From contig CP169074.1 of assembly GCA_041891055.1 (NCBI GenBank), forward strand, positions 1,376,001 to 1,440,000: DNA of 64,000 nucleotides. The letters run 5' to 3'. Made by a program: the position numbers and the translations under genes. Shown here piece after piece: positions 28,377 through 38,239 of this stretch. The DNA comes from Halorutilales archaeon Cl-col2-1 (GTDB lineage: Archaea; Halobacteriota; Halobacteria; Halobacteriales; Afararchaeaceae). How positions within the stretch are numbered: position 1 is the stretch's first letter; the number at the start of each line of letters is the position of its first letter. The notes beneath the pieces are model-generated. The model saw nothing but the letters and a program-made list of their open reading frames with translations, made no database searches and had not been told where the DNA came from.

Positions 28377-29684
28377 TCAGTCGGCACTCGTAGCCTGTTT
28401 CGTGTCCGACTCCATCGCGCTCAGCTTCTCCCGAACCTCGTCCTCTATCTCGTCGGGGTCACGTTTGAGACGCGCGACGTCCGTATCTATCGCAGCCTGA
28501 GCAACTGCGGAGGCGACACGTGGCACGACGCGTGAGTCGAATGGCTTGGGTATGACGTACTCCTCGTTGAAGCCCTCTTCCAAGTCCTCGTCGGGGTATC
28601 TCTCCTGGACGTCCTCGGGAACCTCCTCACGGGCTATCTCGGCTATCGCCTCGGCGGCGGCGACCTTCATCTGTTCGTTTATGTCGCTCGCTCTGACTTC
28701 GAGAGCACCCCTGAATATCCCCGGGAAGCCTAGGACGTTGTTGACCTGGTTGGGATAGTCACTTCTTCCCGTACCGATTATACGTGCTCCAGCCTCTCTG
28801 GCGTCCTCGGGCCAGATCTCGGGGATGGGATTCGCCATAGCGAAGACTATGGGGTCGTCAGCCATCTCCTCGACCATCTCCTTGTCGACGATTCCTCCGA
28901 CAGAGAGTCCTATGAAGACGTCTGTGTCACGCATCGCGTCTTCGAGGTCGCCCGTACGTCCCTCGTCGTTAGTGAGACCCGCGAGCTTACGTTTCTCCTC
29001 GTTGAGATCCCTCCGGCTCCTGTGTATGATACCGGTCGAGTCAGTCATGAAGACGTCCTTGACTCCAGCATCTAAGAGAATATGTGCTATCGCGGTCGCG
29101 CTCGCACCCGCGCCGCTTATCGAGACTGTCATCTCCTCTACGTCCTTTTCGACCAGATCGGAGGAGTTGAGTATCCCCGCGAGTGTGATTATCGCGGTTC
29201 CGTGCTGGTCGTCGTGGAAGATAGGTATCTGCATGCTACTCCTGAGACGGTTCTCGACCTCGAAACACTCGGGTGCGCCTATGTCCTCCAGGTTGACGCC
29301 TCCGAAGACGGGTTCGAGTCTCTCGACCGTCTCGACGATTTCGTCGACGCTCTCGGTTCTGAGACAGACGGGGAAGGCGTCGATTCCCGCGAACTCCTTG
29401 AAGAGTACCGCCTTACCCTCCATGACGGGCAGGGCGGCGTCTGCACCGATGTCTCCGAGTCCTAAGACGGCACTTCCGTCGGAGACTATCGCGACGGTAT
29501 TGCCCTTTATGGTGTAGTCATAGACAGAGTCGGGGTTCTCGTCGATCTTCTCACACGGCGCGGCTACTCCCGGAGAGTAAGCTAGAGACAGGTCGTCCCC
29601 GTTTTCTACGGGAACCTTACTTTCGACGGATATCTTTCCCTGGCGCTTTCTGTGGAGTTCGAGAGCGCGCTCACGTATGGACAA
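28377..29684 (-). CDS. NAD(P)-dependent malic enzyme (short form, no PTA-like domain)
   Basis: LSLAYSPGVA, SDGSAVLGLG, PVMEGK, NLEDI, FHDDQHGT, GAGAS, ANPIPEI, NQVNN. Confidence 0.93.
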   Translation of the reverse strand: MSIRERALELHRKRQGKISVESKVPVENGDDLSLAYSPGVAAPCEKIDENPDSVYDYTIKGNTVAIVSDGSAVLGLGDIGADAALPVMEGKAVLFKEFAGIDAFPVCLRTESVDEIVETVERLEPVFGGVNLEDIGAPECFEVENRLRSSMQIPIFHDDQHGTAIITLAGILNSSDLVEKDVEEMTVSISGAGASATAIAHILLDAGVKDVFMTDSTGIIHRSRRDLNEEKRKLAGLTNDEGRTGDLEDAMRDTDVFIGLSVGGIVDKEMVEEMADDPIVFAMANPIPEIWPEDAREAGARIIGTGRSDYPNQVNNVLGFPGIFRGALEVRASDINEQMKVAAAEAIAEIAREEVPEDVQERYPDEDLEEGFNEEYVIPKPFDSRVVPRVASAVAQAAIDTDVARLKRDPDEIEDEVREKLSAMESDTKQATSAD

Positions 29685-29842
29685 TTGGTTTCACCTTGGG
29701 TTCTCAAATCAGGTTTGTCTAACTATAAACGTTTACAAATCGGCGGCGCGCGTGAGACGGACGACGACCCACGAAACGTGGTCTCGATCCGAGACTCGGC
29801 GCGTCAGTATGTTTTTATACCGATCCCAACTTAGCTACGAAC

Positions 29843-32800
29843 GTGGAACTAATAGTTGCCGAGAAGAACAACGCCGCACGGCGTATCTCCGAGGTTCTGA
29901 GTCGTGGAGACTTCTCGACGACGAAGGTCAACGGTGTTCCCGTCTACGAATGGGACGACAGACGGTGTATCGGTCTCGCGGGACACGTCGTCGAGGTCGA
30001 CTTCACCGAGGAGTACAACGACTGGCACTCGACAGATCCCTCCGACCTCATAGACGCCGACGTCACCAAGAAGCCGAGTAAGAAGGACATAGTCGGTGCT
30101 GTCGAGAAGACCGCGCGTGAGAGCCGTAGGGCTATAATCGCGACCGACTACGACTCGGAGGGAGAGCTCATAGGAAAGGAGGCATACGAGATCATAAAGG
30201 ACGTCTCCGACATACCCGTCAGACGCGTGCGTTTCTCGTCGCTCACTCCGGGTGAGATAAGGGACGCTTTCTCGAACCCCGGAGAGATAGACGACGACCT
30301 CGCTGCGGCGGGTGAGGCGCGCCAGATCATCGACCTCATCTGGGGCGCGGCTCTGACGCGGTACATCTCTCTCGCGTCGAACCGCCTCGGGAACGCATTC
30401 CTGTCGGTGGGTAGGGTTCAGTCTCCGACGCTCAAGATACTCGTCGACAAGGAGAAGGAGATAGAGGAGTTCGACCCAGATCCCTACTGGGAGATATACG
30501 CCGATGTCGATCCGTCTGACGAGGGAGACGAGGAGGTTGAGTCGCAGTACTTCTACAAGGAGGACGGCAAGGAGCAAGAGAGAATCTGGGACTCCGACGC
30601 CGCCGACGAGGTCTACTCGAAGGTCTCCGACGCCGAAGAGGCAGTGGTCGACTCGGTCAACACGCGTACGAGAAACGACTACCCTCCTACGCCCTTCGAC
30701 ACGACCCAGTTCATACGTGCGGCGGGCGCGATTGGCTTCTCGGCTTCGAACGCAATGAGCATAGCCGAGGATCTCTACACCAACGGTTTCATCTCTTATC
30801 CGAGGACTGACAACACCGTCTACCCCGACGAGGTGGAGATCGACGGCGTCCTAGAAGTCCTCGCCAACCACGACGACTTCTCCGACGACGCCAAGGAGCT
30901 ACTCGCGAGCGACCCGACGCCTACGTCGGGAGACAAGGAGACGACAGACCATCCCCCGATATATCCCACTTCGCTCGCCTCACGTGACGAGCTCAACGAC
31001 GCCGAGTGGAGGATATACGAGCTAGTCGTGAGACGGTTCTTCGCGACTCTCGCCGACGCTGCGAAATGGGAACACGTCAAGGCTGTCTTCGATATCGACG
31101 GCGAGAGCTTCAAGGCGAACGGAAAACGTCTCATAGAGGAGGGCTACCACGCCTACTACCCCTACTTCTCGACTGAGGAGACGAGCCTCCCTGACCTCGA
31201 AGCCGGCGACACAGTCAGTGTCGTCGACTCGGAGATCGAGGAGAAGGAGACACAGCCTCCGAAGAGGTACGGTCAGTCACGTCTCGTCGAGAAGATGGAG
31301 GAGATGGGGGTCGGGACGAAATGTCTGACCGGAGACACGCGTATAGCCGTGAGTGACGGAGACGACGTACATAGAGTCCGTGCCGACGAGGTATTCGACG
31401 AAGAGAATACCGTGATGACTGACGGAGACACTGACGCCGAGATCTCGGTCTCAGACAGTCTCGGCTCGGTAGTTTCTTTCGACCATATAGAAAGTCGTAT
31501 CAGGAACAGGGACGCGACAGTCGTAAGCAGACGTGAGCTCGAAGACGACGAAGAGGTCTTACGTATACGTACGACGAACTCCGAGTTCAGCGTGACGGAG
31601 GATCACCCTGTCTACGTCTTCGACGACGGAATAAATATAAGACGCGCTGACGAGATAAACGAGGGAGACGAGTTAGTCAGCGCGCGTCTGTCGGTGTCAT
31701 ACGGTTACGACGACGACGGTGATGCTCCCGCTCTCGGATGGGAGGAGTTCACGGAGTCGTGCGACAAGTCGACTAAGCTCTACGGAACCGGATGTAACGA
31801 AGGTATAACGGAGATACGTGAGGAAACCGGAGAATCCCAGTCGGTATTCGCAGAGAGGCTAGGTACATACCACGACGCTATCAGCAGGTTCGAGACGGAC
31901 AAACGCGATGTTCCACTGTGGCTCGCGGGAGATCTAGACCTTGTGCCCGAGGAAATACACGGTCTCAACCCGGAGGAGAAGTTCGAAAATCCGTTTCCGA
32001 TAGACTGGAGCCCTGCAGTAGCGCGTCTTATAGGGTCGGTGCTCGGCGACGGCTCAGTGAGGTACGACGAAAGCGAGAACACAGTCGACATACGGTACCA
32101 CAACACCGACGAGGCTCTGATACAGAGGTTCGTCAGGGACATCGAGTATATCTTTGGAACCGAGCCTTCGGTCCACGAGCGCGAATACGATGACAAGAAG
32201 GATGTCTATTATGTTCAGCTACCGTCGGCGGTTTCGAGGATAGTAGTCGAAGTACTCGGGGAGTTTGAGGAGAAGGGAGCCGAATACATACCCGAGAAGC
32301 TACAGCCAGTATTCGTGGGTGCCCTCTTCGACGATGAGGGTCATGTGTCGACCGACGGCAAAGCCTTCATCTCGAACATCGACCACAGTCTCCTCTCAGA
32401 AGCCGGAAAGATGCTTTCGAACTACGGCATAGACTCCAGTCTCAACGAACCACAGCACAAGCTCTATATCAGAGGAAGACGTGATCTCGAACTCTTCCTC
32501 GACACGGTTCCGGTACTCTCCGACAAGAAGTTCTACCGTGGCATAGAACATCTCACAGACTACGGAGTGACACGTAGAAAGGCGCGTCTCCTCGAGCTCA
32601 TAGACGGTGAAAGCCTCACGTCGGACGAGATCTCCGACGTTCTGGGTGTTTCGAGGAGTGTCGTCAACTCGTACCTGCGTGAACTCAAGCAGGATGGATA
32701 CGTTGAGACGGAGATAGAAGGTAGTAACAGGAGCCACGACTCGAACAGGAGCTTCCTTTACAGTTCGAAGGGGTACCGGAACTCGGTATACTCTCTCGTT

Positions 32801-33928
32801 CTCGGATATCCCTCGACATCTGAAGTCGTATCCGTCGAGAGACGGGACTACGACGGCTATGTCTACGACCTGACAGTCGACGAGACAGCACCCAACTTCG
32901 CGGTCGAGGGCGGCGCAGTCGTCCATAACTCCACCCGCCACAATACGATACAGAAACTCTACGACCGCGGCTACATAGAGGAAGACCCGCCGCGTCCGAC
33001 GGGTCTTGCGCGCGCGGTGATAGAGGCGATGGAGGAGTACGCAGACGTAGTCACAGATCCCGAGATGACGAGACGTCTTGAGAAGGACATGGAGAGGATA
33101 GCCGAAGGGGAGATCTCGGAGGAAGAGGTCATGGAAGAATCCCGCGAGATGCTCGAAAGGATCTTCGAGATTCTCGAGGAGAAAGAGGAGGAGATAGGCG
33201 AGTCTCTCCGTGAGGGTCTCAAGGAGGACAGGACACTCGGAGACTGTCCCGAGTGTGGCGGAGACCTCGTGATAAGAAGGACGAGAGGCGGAAGCCAGTT
33301 CATAGGCTGTGACGCCTACCCCGACTGTGAGAACACCTACCCGCTTCCGAACAAGGGCGACCCCGTCTTAGTCGACGACAAGTGTGACGAACACGGGCTC
33401 CAGAAGGTCAAGATGCTCGCGGGACGTTCGACGCATATACACGGCTGTCCTATATGTAAGGAGGAGGAAGCGGAGGACGACGAGGAGACGGTGATAGGCG
33501 ACTGTCCCGAATGTGGAGACGACGAGGGCGGAGAGTTAGCGGTCAAACGCACGAGAAGCGGGGGACGTCTCGTGGGCTGTACGCGGTACCCCGACTGTGA
33601 CTACTCACTTCCCCTACCGAGACGTGGCGACCTCGAGATTACCGACGAGATCTGTGACGAACACGACCTCCCCGAGATGGTGATACACTCGGGAAGCGAG
33701 CCGTGGGAGCTCGGCTGTCCTATCTGTAACTACGAGAACTATAAGAAACAGCAGGAGAAGGACAAGGGTCTCCAGGCGATAAAGGGTATAGGCGACGCGA
33801 CCGAGGAGAAGCTCAACGACGCCGGAATAGAGGAGGTCGACGACCTCAAGGAGGCAGACCCCGAGGATCTCGCCGAGAAGGTCGACGGCGTCTCGGCTGA
33901 CAGGATACAGAAATGGCAGTCGGCGTAG
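29843..33928 (+). CDS. topA: DNA topoisomerase IA, intein-containing, with C-terminal Zn ribbons and HhH domain
   Basis: IVAEK, ATDYDSEGE, SVGRVQSP, catalytic ISYPRTD, GTK^STR, CPECG repeats. Confidence 0.95.
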   Translation: MELIVAEKNNAARRISEVLSRGDFSTTKVNGVPVYEWDDRRCIGLAGHVVEVDFTEEYNDWHSTDPSDLIDADVTKKPSKKDIVGAVEKTARESRRAIIATDYDSEGELIGKEAYEIIKDVSDIPVRRVRFSSLTPGEIRDAFSNPGEIDDDLAAAGEARQIIDLIWGAALTRYISLASNRLGNAFLSVGRVQSPTLKILVDKEKEIEEFDPDPYWEIYADVDPSDEGDEEVESQYFYKEDGKEQERIWDSDAADEVYSKVSDAEEAVVDSVNTRTRNDYPPTPFDTTQFIRAAGAIGFSASNAMSIAEDLYTNGFISYPRTDNTVYPDEVEIDGVLEVLANHDDFSDDAKELLASDPTPTSGDKETTDHPPIYPTSLASRDELNDAEWRIYELVVRRFFATLADAAKWEHVKAVFDIDGESFKANGKRLIEEGYHAYYPYFSTEETSLPDLEAGDTVSVVDSEIEEKETQPPKRYGQSRLVEKMEEMGVGTKCLTGDTRIAVSDGDDVHRVRADEVFDEENTVMTDGDTDAEISVSDSLGSVVSFDHIESRIRNRDATVVSRRELEDDEEVLRIRTTNSEFSVTEDHPVYVFDDGINIRRADEINEGDELVSARLSVSYGYDDDGDAPALGWEEFTESCDKSTKLYGTGCNEGITEIREETGESQSVFAERLGTYHDAISRFETDKRDVPLWLAGDLDLVPEEIHGLNPEEKFENPFPIDWSPAVARLIGSVLGDGSVRYDESENTVDIRYHNTDEALIQRFVRDIEYIFGTEPSVHEREYDDKKDVYYVQLPSAVSRIVVEVLGEFEEKGAEYIPEKLQPVFVGALFDDEGHVSTDGKAFISNIDHSLLSEAGKMLSNYGIDSSLNEPQHKLYIRGRRDLELFLDTVPVLSDKKFYRGIEHLTDYGVTRRKARLLELIDGESLTSDEISDVLGVSRSVVNSYLRELKQDGYVETEIEGSNRSHDSNRSFLYSSKGYRNSVYSLVLGYPSTSEVVSVERRDYDGYVYDLTVDETAPNFAVEGGAVVHNSTRHNTIQKLYDRGYIEEDPPRPTGLARAVIEAMEEYADVVTDPEMTRRLEKDMERIAEGEISEEEVMEESREMLERIFEILEEKEEEIGESLREGLKEDRTLGDCPECGGDLVIRRTRGGSQFIGCDAYPDCENTYPLPNKGDPVLVDDKCDEHGLQKVKMLAGRSTHIHGCPICKEEEAEDDEETVIGDCPECGDDEGGELAVKRTRSGGRLVGCTRYPDCDYSLPLPRRGDLEITDEICDEHDLPEMVIHSGSEPWELGCPICNYENYKKQQEKDKGLQAIKGIGDATEEKLNDAGIEEVDDLKEADPEDLAEKVDGVSADRIQKWQSA
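31322..32929 (+). mobile_element. Intein (536 aa) in TopA: LAGLIDADG plus XRE-like HTH and winged HTH
   Basis: CLTGDT start, VTEDHP block B, LIGSVLGDG / FVGALFDDEG, VYDLTV..VVHN followed by Ser. Confidence 0.93.
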
Positions 33929-33930
33929 AA

Positions 33931-34341
33931 TCAGACGTCTCTTTTTAGAAAGTCGTCAGGAGTTAAGATAGGGATACCGTCGTACTCCGTGAGATCCAGA
34001 AGATGTCTGTCTCCCGAAATAACATAGTCCACGTCGACTGAGACAGCACACTCCAAGAACACACTGTCATCGGGGTCGTCGACTGCGTCGATATCGAGAT
34101 CTGGATCGGGTCTCACAACGTGAAACTCGGTGACTACTATCTCGAGGAATGACTGCCTTTCGTCGGGAGTCAGACCAAGTCGATCGTACTCCAATACTCG
34201 AGACAGTTCGTCTATTATGGCAGGTGAGGAGTAAGCGTCAATCGAGTTGTCGAAAACAAGTTCGAGACAGTCCTCGGGCTTGCCGTCCCATCCGAGAGCC
34301 GAGACGAGGACGTTGGTATCGAAGACTACTCGCGTGCCCAT
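33931..34341 (-). CDS. vapC: PIN-domain toxin (VapC, PIN_3 type)
   Basis: VVFDTNVLVSA, DPDD..FLECA, ISGDRHLL. Confidence 0.9.
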   Translation of the reverse strand: MGTRVVFDTNVLVSALGWDGKPEDCLELVFDNSIDAYSSPAIIDELSRVLEYDRLGLTPDERQSFLEIVVTEFHVVRPDPDLDIDAVDDPDDSVFLECAVSVDVDYVISGDRHLLDLTEYDGIPILTPDDFLKRDV

Positions 34342-34580
34342 TCTACGGCTTCCTCGACCTCATCTTCAGCCACTCCCTTCTCTTCAAGACGTCGCTGAAC
34401 CCTCTGGCTCAGCTCCTCGTACTTCTCCTCAACATCTATGTCGAGCTTCTTGAACAGGACACCGTCCTCGACAGAGACCGCAATGAATCTGTCGGATGGA
34501 TCAAACCCCTCGCTATCACGTATCTCCTTCGGAACCACGAGCTGACCCTTGTCGGACATCTTGACTACCTCGGAGGTCAT
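34326..34580 (-). CDS. vapB: AbrB/MazE-type antitoxin
   Basis: MSDKGQLVVPKEIR; overlaps the toxin start. Confidence 0.88.
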   Translation of the reverse strand: MTSEVVKMSDKGQLVVPKEIRDSEGFDPSDRFIAVSVEDGVLFKKLDIDVEEKYEELSQRVQRRLEEKGVAEDEVEEAVEWARE

Positions 34581-34684
34581 AATAAGAATATTAGAAAGTT
34601 GAACTGTTAAACCTTACGTCAGTTTCAGAGAGATACAGACTCGAACCAAGACACGTTTAAGCCTCGACTAATTACTTTCTGAGC

Positions 34685-35086
34685 ATGTCCGAGGACGCAG
34701 AAGCCACAGAGAGGGTCTCGATAGGTCTCCGAGGCTGGACCTTCGACCCCGACAACGTCTTCGACGACGACGGCGAATTAAAGTCAGTAGACGACATACC
34801 CGAGGACGACCGTCTACGAGTCGTCCGTCTCACAGAGATAATAGGAAACGCGTGCCACGTCTGTATGTTGCGCCATCCCAACGAGGGCTGGGACGTCTGG
34901 AAGAAAGCCGACGCTGTCTACGGCGAGCCCACGACGGAGGTTCTCGTCTGTGACGAACACGAGCCCGACTTCCTCTACTGGTACTTCGAGGAGGGTGGCG
35001 AGGCATACAAGGGCGAGGAGGAGCTTCCCGACGAGTTCCACGCGTGGATCAGGGACGGCGGCGAGGCTCCCGAAGGATACTCATAA
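34685..35086 (+). CDS. Conserved-looking hypothetical protein with CxxC/CxxH motif
   Basis: Acidic composition; CHVC and CDEH motifs. Confidence 0.7.
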   Translation: MSEDAEATERVSIGLRGWTFDPDNVFDDDGELKSVDDIPEDDRLRVVRLTEIIGNACHVCMLRHPNEGWDVWKKADAVYGEPTTEVLVCDEHEPDFLYWYFEEGGEAYKGEEELPDEFHAWIRDGGEAPEGYS

Positions 35087-35177
35087 TAACTTTAACGATA
35101 ATTACGTAACCTATAACTTGTTCGAGTATCGATTTGGTAACTACTGACGTAGTAAGGAAGACAGGTGAATCCAAATA

Positions 35178-36014
35178 ATGGATGACAACTATCCGAGCCA
35201 AGGGCGAAGACGTTTCGTAAAGAGCATGGTCGGGGCTGGAGTCCTCGGAAGCGTCGCAGCGGTGGGATACAGCAGCGTGGATATGCTCACACAGAAGACG
35301 GGAGTCGGAGGAGGACAGGTTCAGTACAGAGGTATAGAGATAGTCGACGGTCCCGCTCCGCGTGGGATGTCACAGATTCCTCTCTCGATAGAGGGCGGCG
35401 AGATAGTCGGAAGGGCTCCGTCGCCTTCGGGCGGTGAAGAGAACCCGACGTTAAGCATAGCGGGTTTCGATTACTCGCTCGACTGGTTCCAGTACTGCGG
35501 AGTCCAGAACTACCCCGGAGTACAGCCCGGCTTCGAGAGCGACAACAAGTTCAAGTACTCTGCTAGAGGCTGGCACTCCGACAGGGAAGGTGACGTGATG
35601 AAGGTAAGCGACTTCGACGACTGGGAGTCTTACGTCGGAGACGCCGACAACGCCACCGAGGGTCTCGGTAAGCCCGCGTGGGGTACGTGGAGAAGCGAGG
35701 GCGTCGACAAGAATATACCTGTCTCAGTCATAAAGACTGACAAGCAGAGGCTCCTCGACAATGCGAGCAACGACCAGCAGAGACAGTGGATAGACGAGAC
35801 GTGTCCTCAGGGATTCATAGGCTGGATCAACAAGTGTACTCACTTCTGCTGTGTCCCACAGGGATTCCAGACATCCGACTTCGGCTGTGGAGGAGGAGTC
35901 TGCTCCGCCGATAAGGTCTACTGCCAGTGCCACCAGTCGAAGTACGATCCGTTCAACGTAGTCGACGGCACGATGATTGCCCTGCCTCGACCCCCCGCCG
36001 AGGACGTACTGTGA
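35178..36014 (+). CDS. petA: Tat-exported Rieske [2Fe-2S] protein (PetA-like)
   Basis: RRRFVK Tat motif plus TM; CTHFCC and CQCHQSKY boxes. Confidence 0.85.
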   Translation: MDDNYPSQGRRRFVKSMVGAGVLGSVAAVGYSSVDMLTQKTGVGGGQVQYRGIEIVDGPAPRGMSQIPLSIEGGEIVGRAPSPSGGEENPTLSIAGFDYSLDWFQYCGVQNYPGVQPGFESDNKFKYSARGWHSDREGDVMKVSDFDDWESYVGDADNATEGLGKPAWGTWRSEGVDKNIPVSVIKTDKQRLLDNASNDQQRQWIDETCPQGFIGWINKCTHFCCVPQGFQTSDFGCGGGVCSADKVYCQCHQSKYDPFNVVDGTMIALPRPPAEDVL

Positions 36015-36048
36015 AGACTTAGCTCGTCATTATCTTCTCAATTCAAAC

Positions 36049-37380
36049 TTAACTCAGTCTCTCGACTACCTCCTCGACGCGCTCGACCGCGGTTCCTATG
36101 TAGTCGTCAGGATTGAGAAGAGTCTCGACCTCGTCGGCGTCGAGGTACTCAGCTATCTCGTCGTCGTCGAGTACCGCCTCTTCCATGTCTATCTCCTCGT
36201 CGTGTACTCTCATAGCCGCCTGTCTCACCCTCTCATGTGCCTTCTGACGTCCCATTCCCTTCCTAGCGAGCTCCATCATGACCGCTTCAGCCATGTTGGC
36301 TCCGTCGAAGATGCCGAGATTCTCACGTATCTCGTCGTCGTGGAACCCGAGGTTCTCGATGACGTCAGTGGCGCGCGCTAGGAGATGGTCGGCTACTACA
36401 CTCGTCTCTGTGAACGTAATCCTTTCAGTCGACGAGTTGGTGAGGTCACGCTCCTCCCATAGGGTGTTGTTCCTGAGCTCTGTGTTTACCGACTCACGTA
36501 CGACGCGCGCTAGCCCACAGATCTGTTCGCTCTTTATGGGGTTGCGTTTGTGGGGCATAGTCGACGATCCGACCTGTTTCTCTCCGAATCCCTCTTCGAC
36601 CTCGCCGATCTCGGTTCTCTGCATGTTACGTATGTTTATGCCTATCTTGTCGAGTGTCGTAGCGACGTTGGCGAGGAAGAAGACGTACTCGGAGTGTCTG
36701 TCGCGCTGTATTATCTGGTTCGAGATCTCCGCCTCGTCTAATCCGAGTATCTCGGTAGTTCGGCGGGATATCTCGCGCGCGTTGTCGCCGAAAGATGCCT
36801 GAGTACCCACAGCACCGCTCATCTGTCCGACCAAGAGACGTTCCCTGAGTTCGTCGAGACGGTCGAGATGTCTGTCGGTCTCCGACGCCCAGATAGCGAA
36901 CTTGTGTCCCCACGTCGTCGGTACTCCGACCTGTCCGTGTGTCCGTCCCGCACAGACGGTCTCCTTGTGTTCGTCCGCCTTCTCAACGAGAGCGTCACGG
37001 AGGTCGAGAAGCTTCTCCTCTATGAGGTCACACGCCTCCTCTAACCGGAGAGCGTCGGCTGTGTCTATTATGTCGTTCGACGTCGCCCCGAAATGTATGT
37101 ACTCGCCGTAGTCGTCGGAACAGTTCTCCTCTATCGCACGGACGACAGCCATGACGTCGTGGTGGATCTCCGCCTCTATCTCCTTGACGCGATCAAGTGT
37201 AACGTCGTTGGCGGCTTCCCGAATCTCGTCCGCCGCGCCCTTAGGTATGTCTCCCGTCTCCTCCTCGGCGCGCGCGAGAGCGACCTCGACCTCGACCATC
37301 TTCTCTAACTTGTTCTCCTCGTCCCAGACCGATCTCATCTCTTCGGTTCCGTATCTGTAATCTATCGGATGGACTGCCAT
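36049..37380 (-). CDS. purB: Adenylosuccinate lyase
   Basis: HDV, HFGATSND, GRTHGQ, GSSTMPHKRNP. Confidence 0.95.
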   Translation of the reverse strand: MAVHPIDYRYGTEEMRSVWDEENKLEKMVEVEVALARAEEETGDIPKGAADEIREAANDVTLDRVKEIEAEIHHDVMAVVRAIEENCSDDYGEYIHFGATSNDIIDTADALRLEEACDLIEEKLLDLRDALVEKADEHKETVCAGRTHGQVGVPTTWGHKFAIWASETDRHLDRLDELRERLLVGQMSGAVGTQASFGDNAREISRRTTEILGLDEAEISNQIIQRDRHSEYVFFLANVATTLDKIGINIRNMQRTEIGEVEEGFGEKQVGSSTMPHKRNPIKSEQICGLARVVRESVNTELRNNTLWEERDLTNSSTERITFTETSVVADHLLARATDVIENLGFHDDEIRENLGIFDGANMAEAVMMELARKGMGRQKAHERVRQAAMRVHDEEIDMEEAVLDDDEIAEYLDADEVETLLNPDDYIGTAVERVEEVVERLS

Positions 37381-37441
37381 GGACGAGATTACTCCGAGAC
37401 CGAGAAAAGGACTGTGTTATGCTGCTGTGCTATGCTATTGT

Positions 37442-38116
37442 TTATATTCTAGTTTCGGTGCCTTCGAGGGCGTCGACGTAGCCCTGTGCGTAGAGACGGT
37501 TGGCGACGACAGCGAAGTAGAAGGTCACGAAGACGCCGATGATCTGTCCTAGTAGGGGTATAATTCCCAGAATTCCTGTTATGAAGCCGCCGACGAGCAT
37601 CATCACGAGTCCGAAGACCCATGCCATGGCGTAGTCTCCCGTGGAGACGACAGACTTGATAGTACCGACGTCGAATGCAGATCCTATCTTACCAGACTTC
37701 GAGAAACTGGTGAGTGCGGCGGGTAGGAGGTACCAGAAGACGAGGAATAGGAGAGCCGAGACGAGGAAGCCGATGGCTCCCATTCCCGCGCCTAATGCAC
37801 CGCCGGCTCTTCCTCCACCCATCATCGCCATCATGGAGCCGCCGACTGTCACAAAAAAGACGACAGCGGGTATTATCATGTATATTATTCCGATAACTGT
37901 CGCCTTGAGACCTTCTACGAGTAGGTCACCCCAGTCGCCGAAGCTTGGGGGTCTCTCGTCCCCCTGAGTAGTCGTCCTCAGAACCCTGACGTAGTATCCC
38001 GAAACTACGAATATAGGGAGTATCAGAACGCCGATTAACGTAAGTATACCGCCTATCAGGATGTTCTTAGCGGCTTCGTCGCTGTTCATAGGATATCTTA
38101 CGGCGTCTTCTATCAT
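37442..38116 (-). CDS. DUF4013-like membrane protein
   Basis: AVRYP..ILIGGIL..GYYVRVLR..PSFGDWGDLLVEGLK. Confidence 0.82.
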   Translation of the reverse strand: MIEDAVRYPMNSDEAAKNILIGGILTLIGVLILPIFVVSGYYVRVLRTTTQGDERPPSFGDWGDLLVEGLKATVIGIIYMIIPAVVFFVTVGGSMMAMMGGGRAGGALGAGMGAIGFLVSALLFLVFWYLLPAALTSFSKSGKIGSAFDVGTIKSVVSTGDYAMAWVFGLVMMLVGGFITGILGIIPLLGQIIGVFVTFYFAVVANRLYAQGYVDALEGTETRI

Positions 38117-38239
38117 TGTACTTTATAATTCAGACATAGATAACACATAAATCTATGGTCTGTTTGGCTATATAGGTCAAACCTCCTACCGTTGACAAAA
38201 CCTGAAATGTTAACCCCGACGAGTACTATCTTCGTATGT

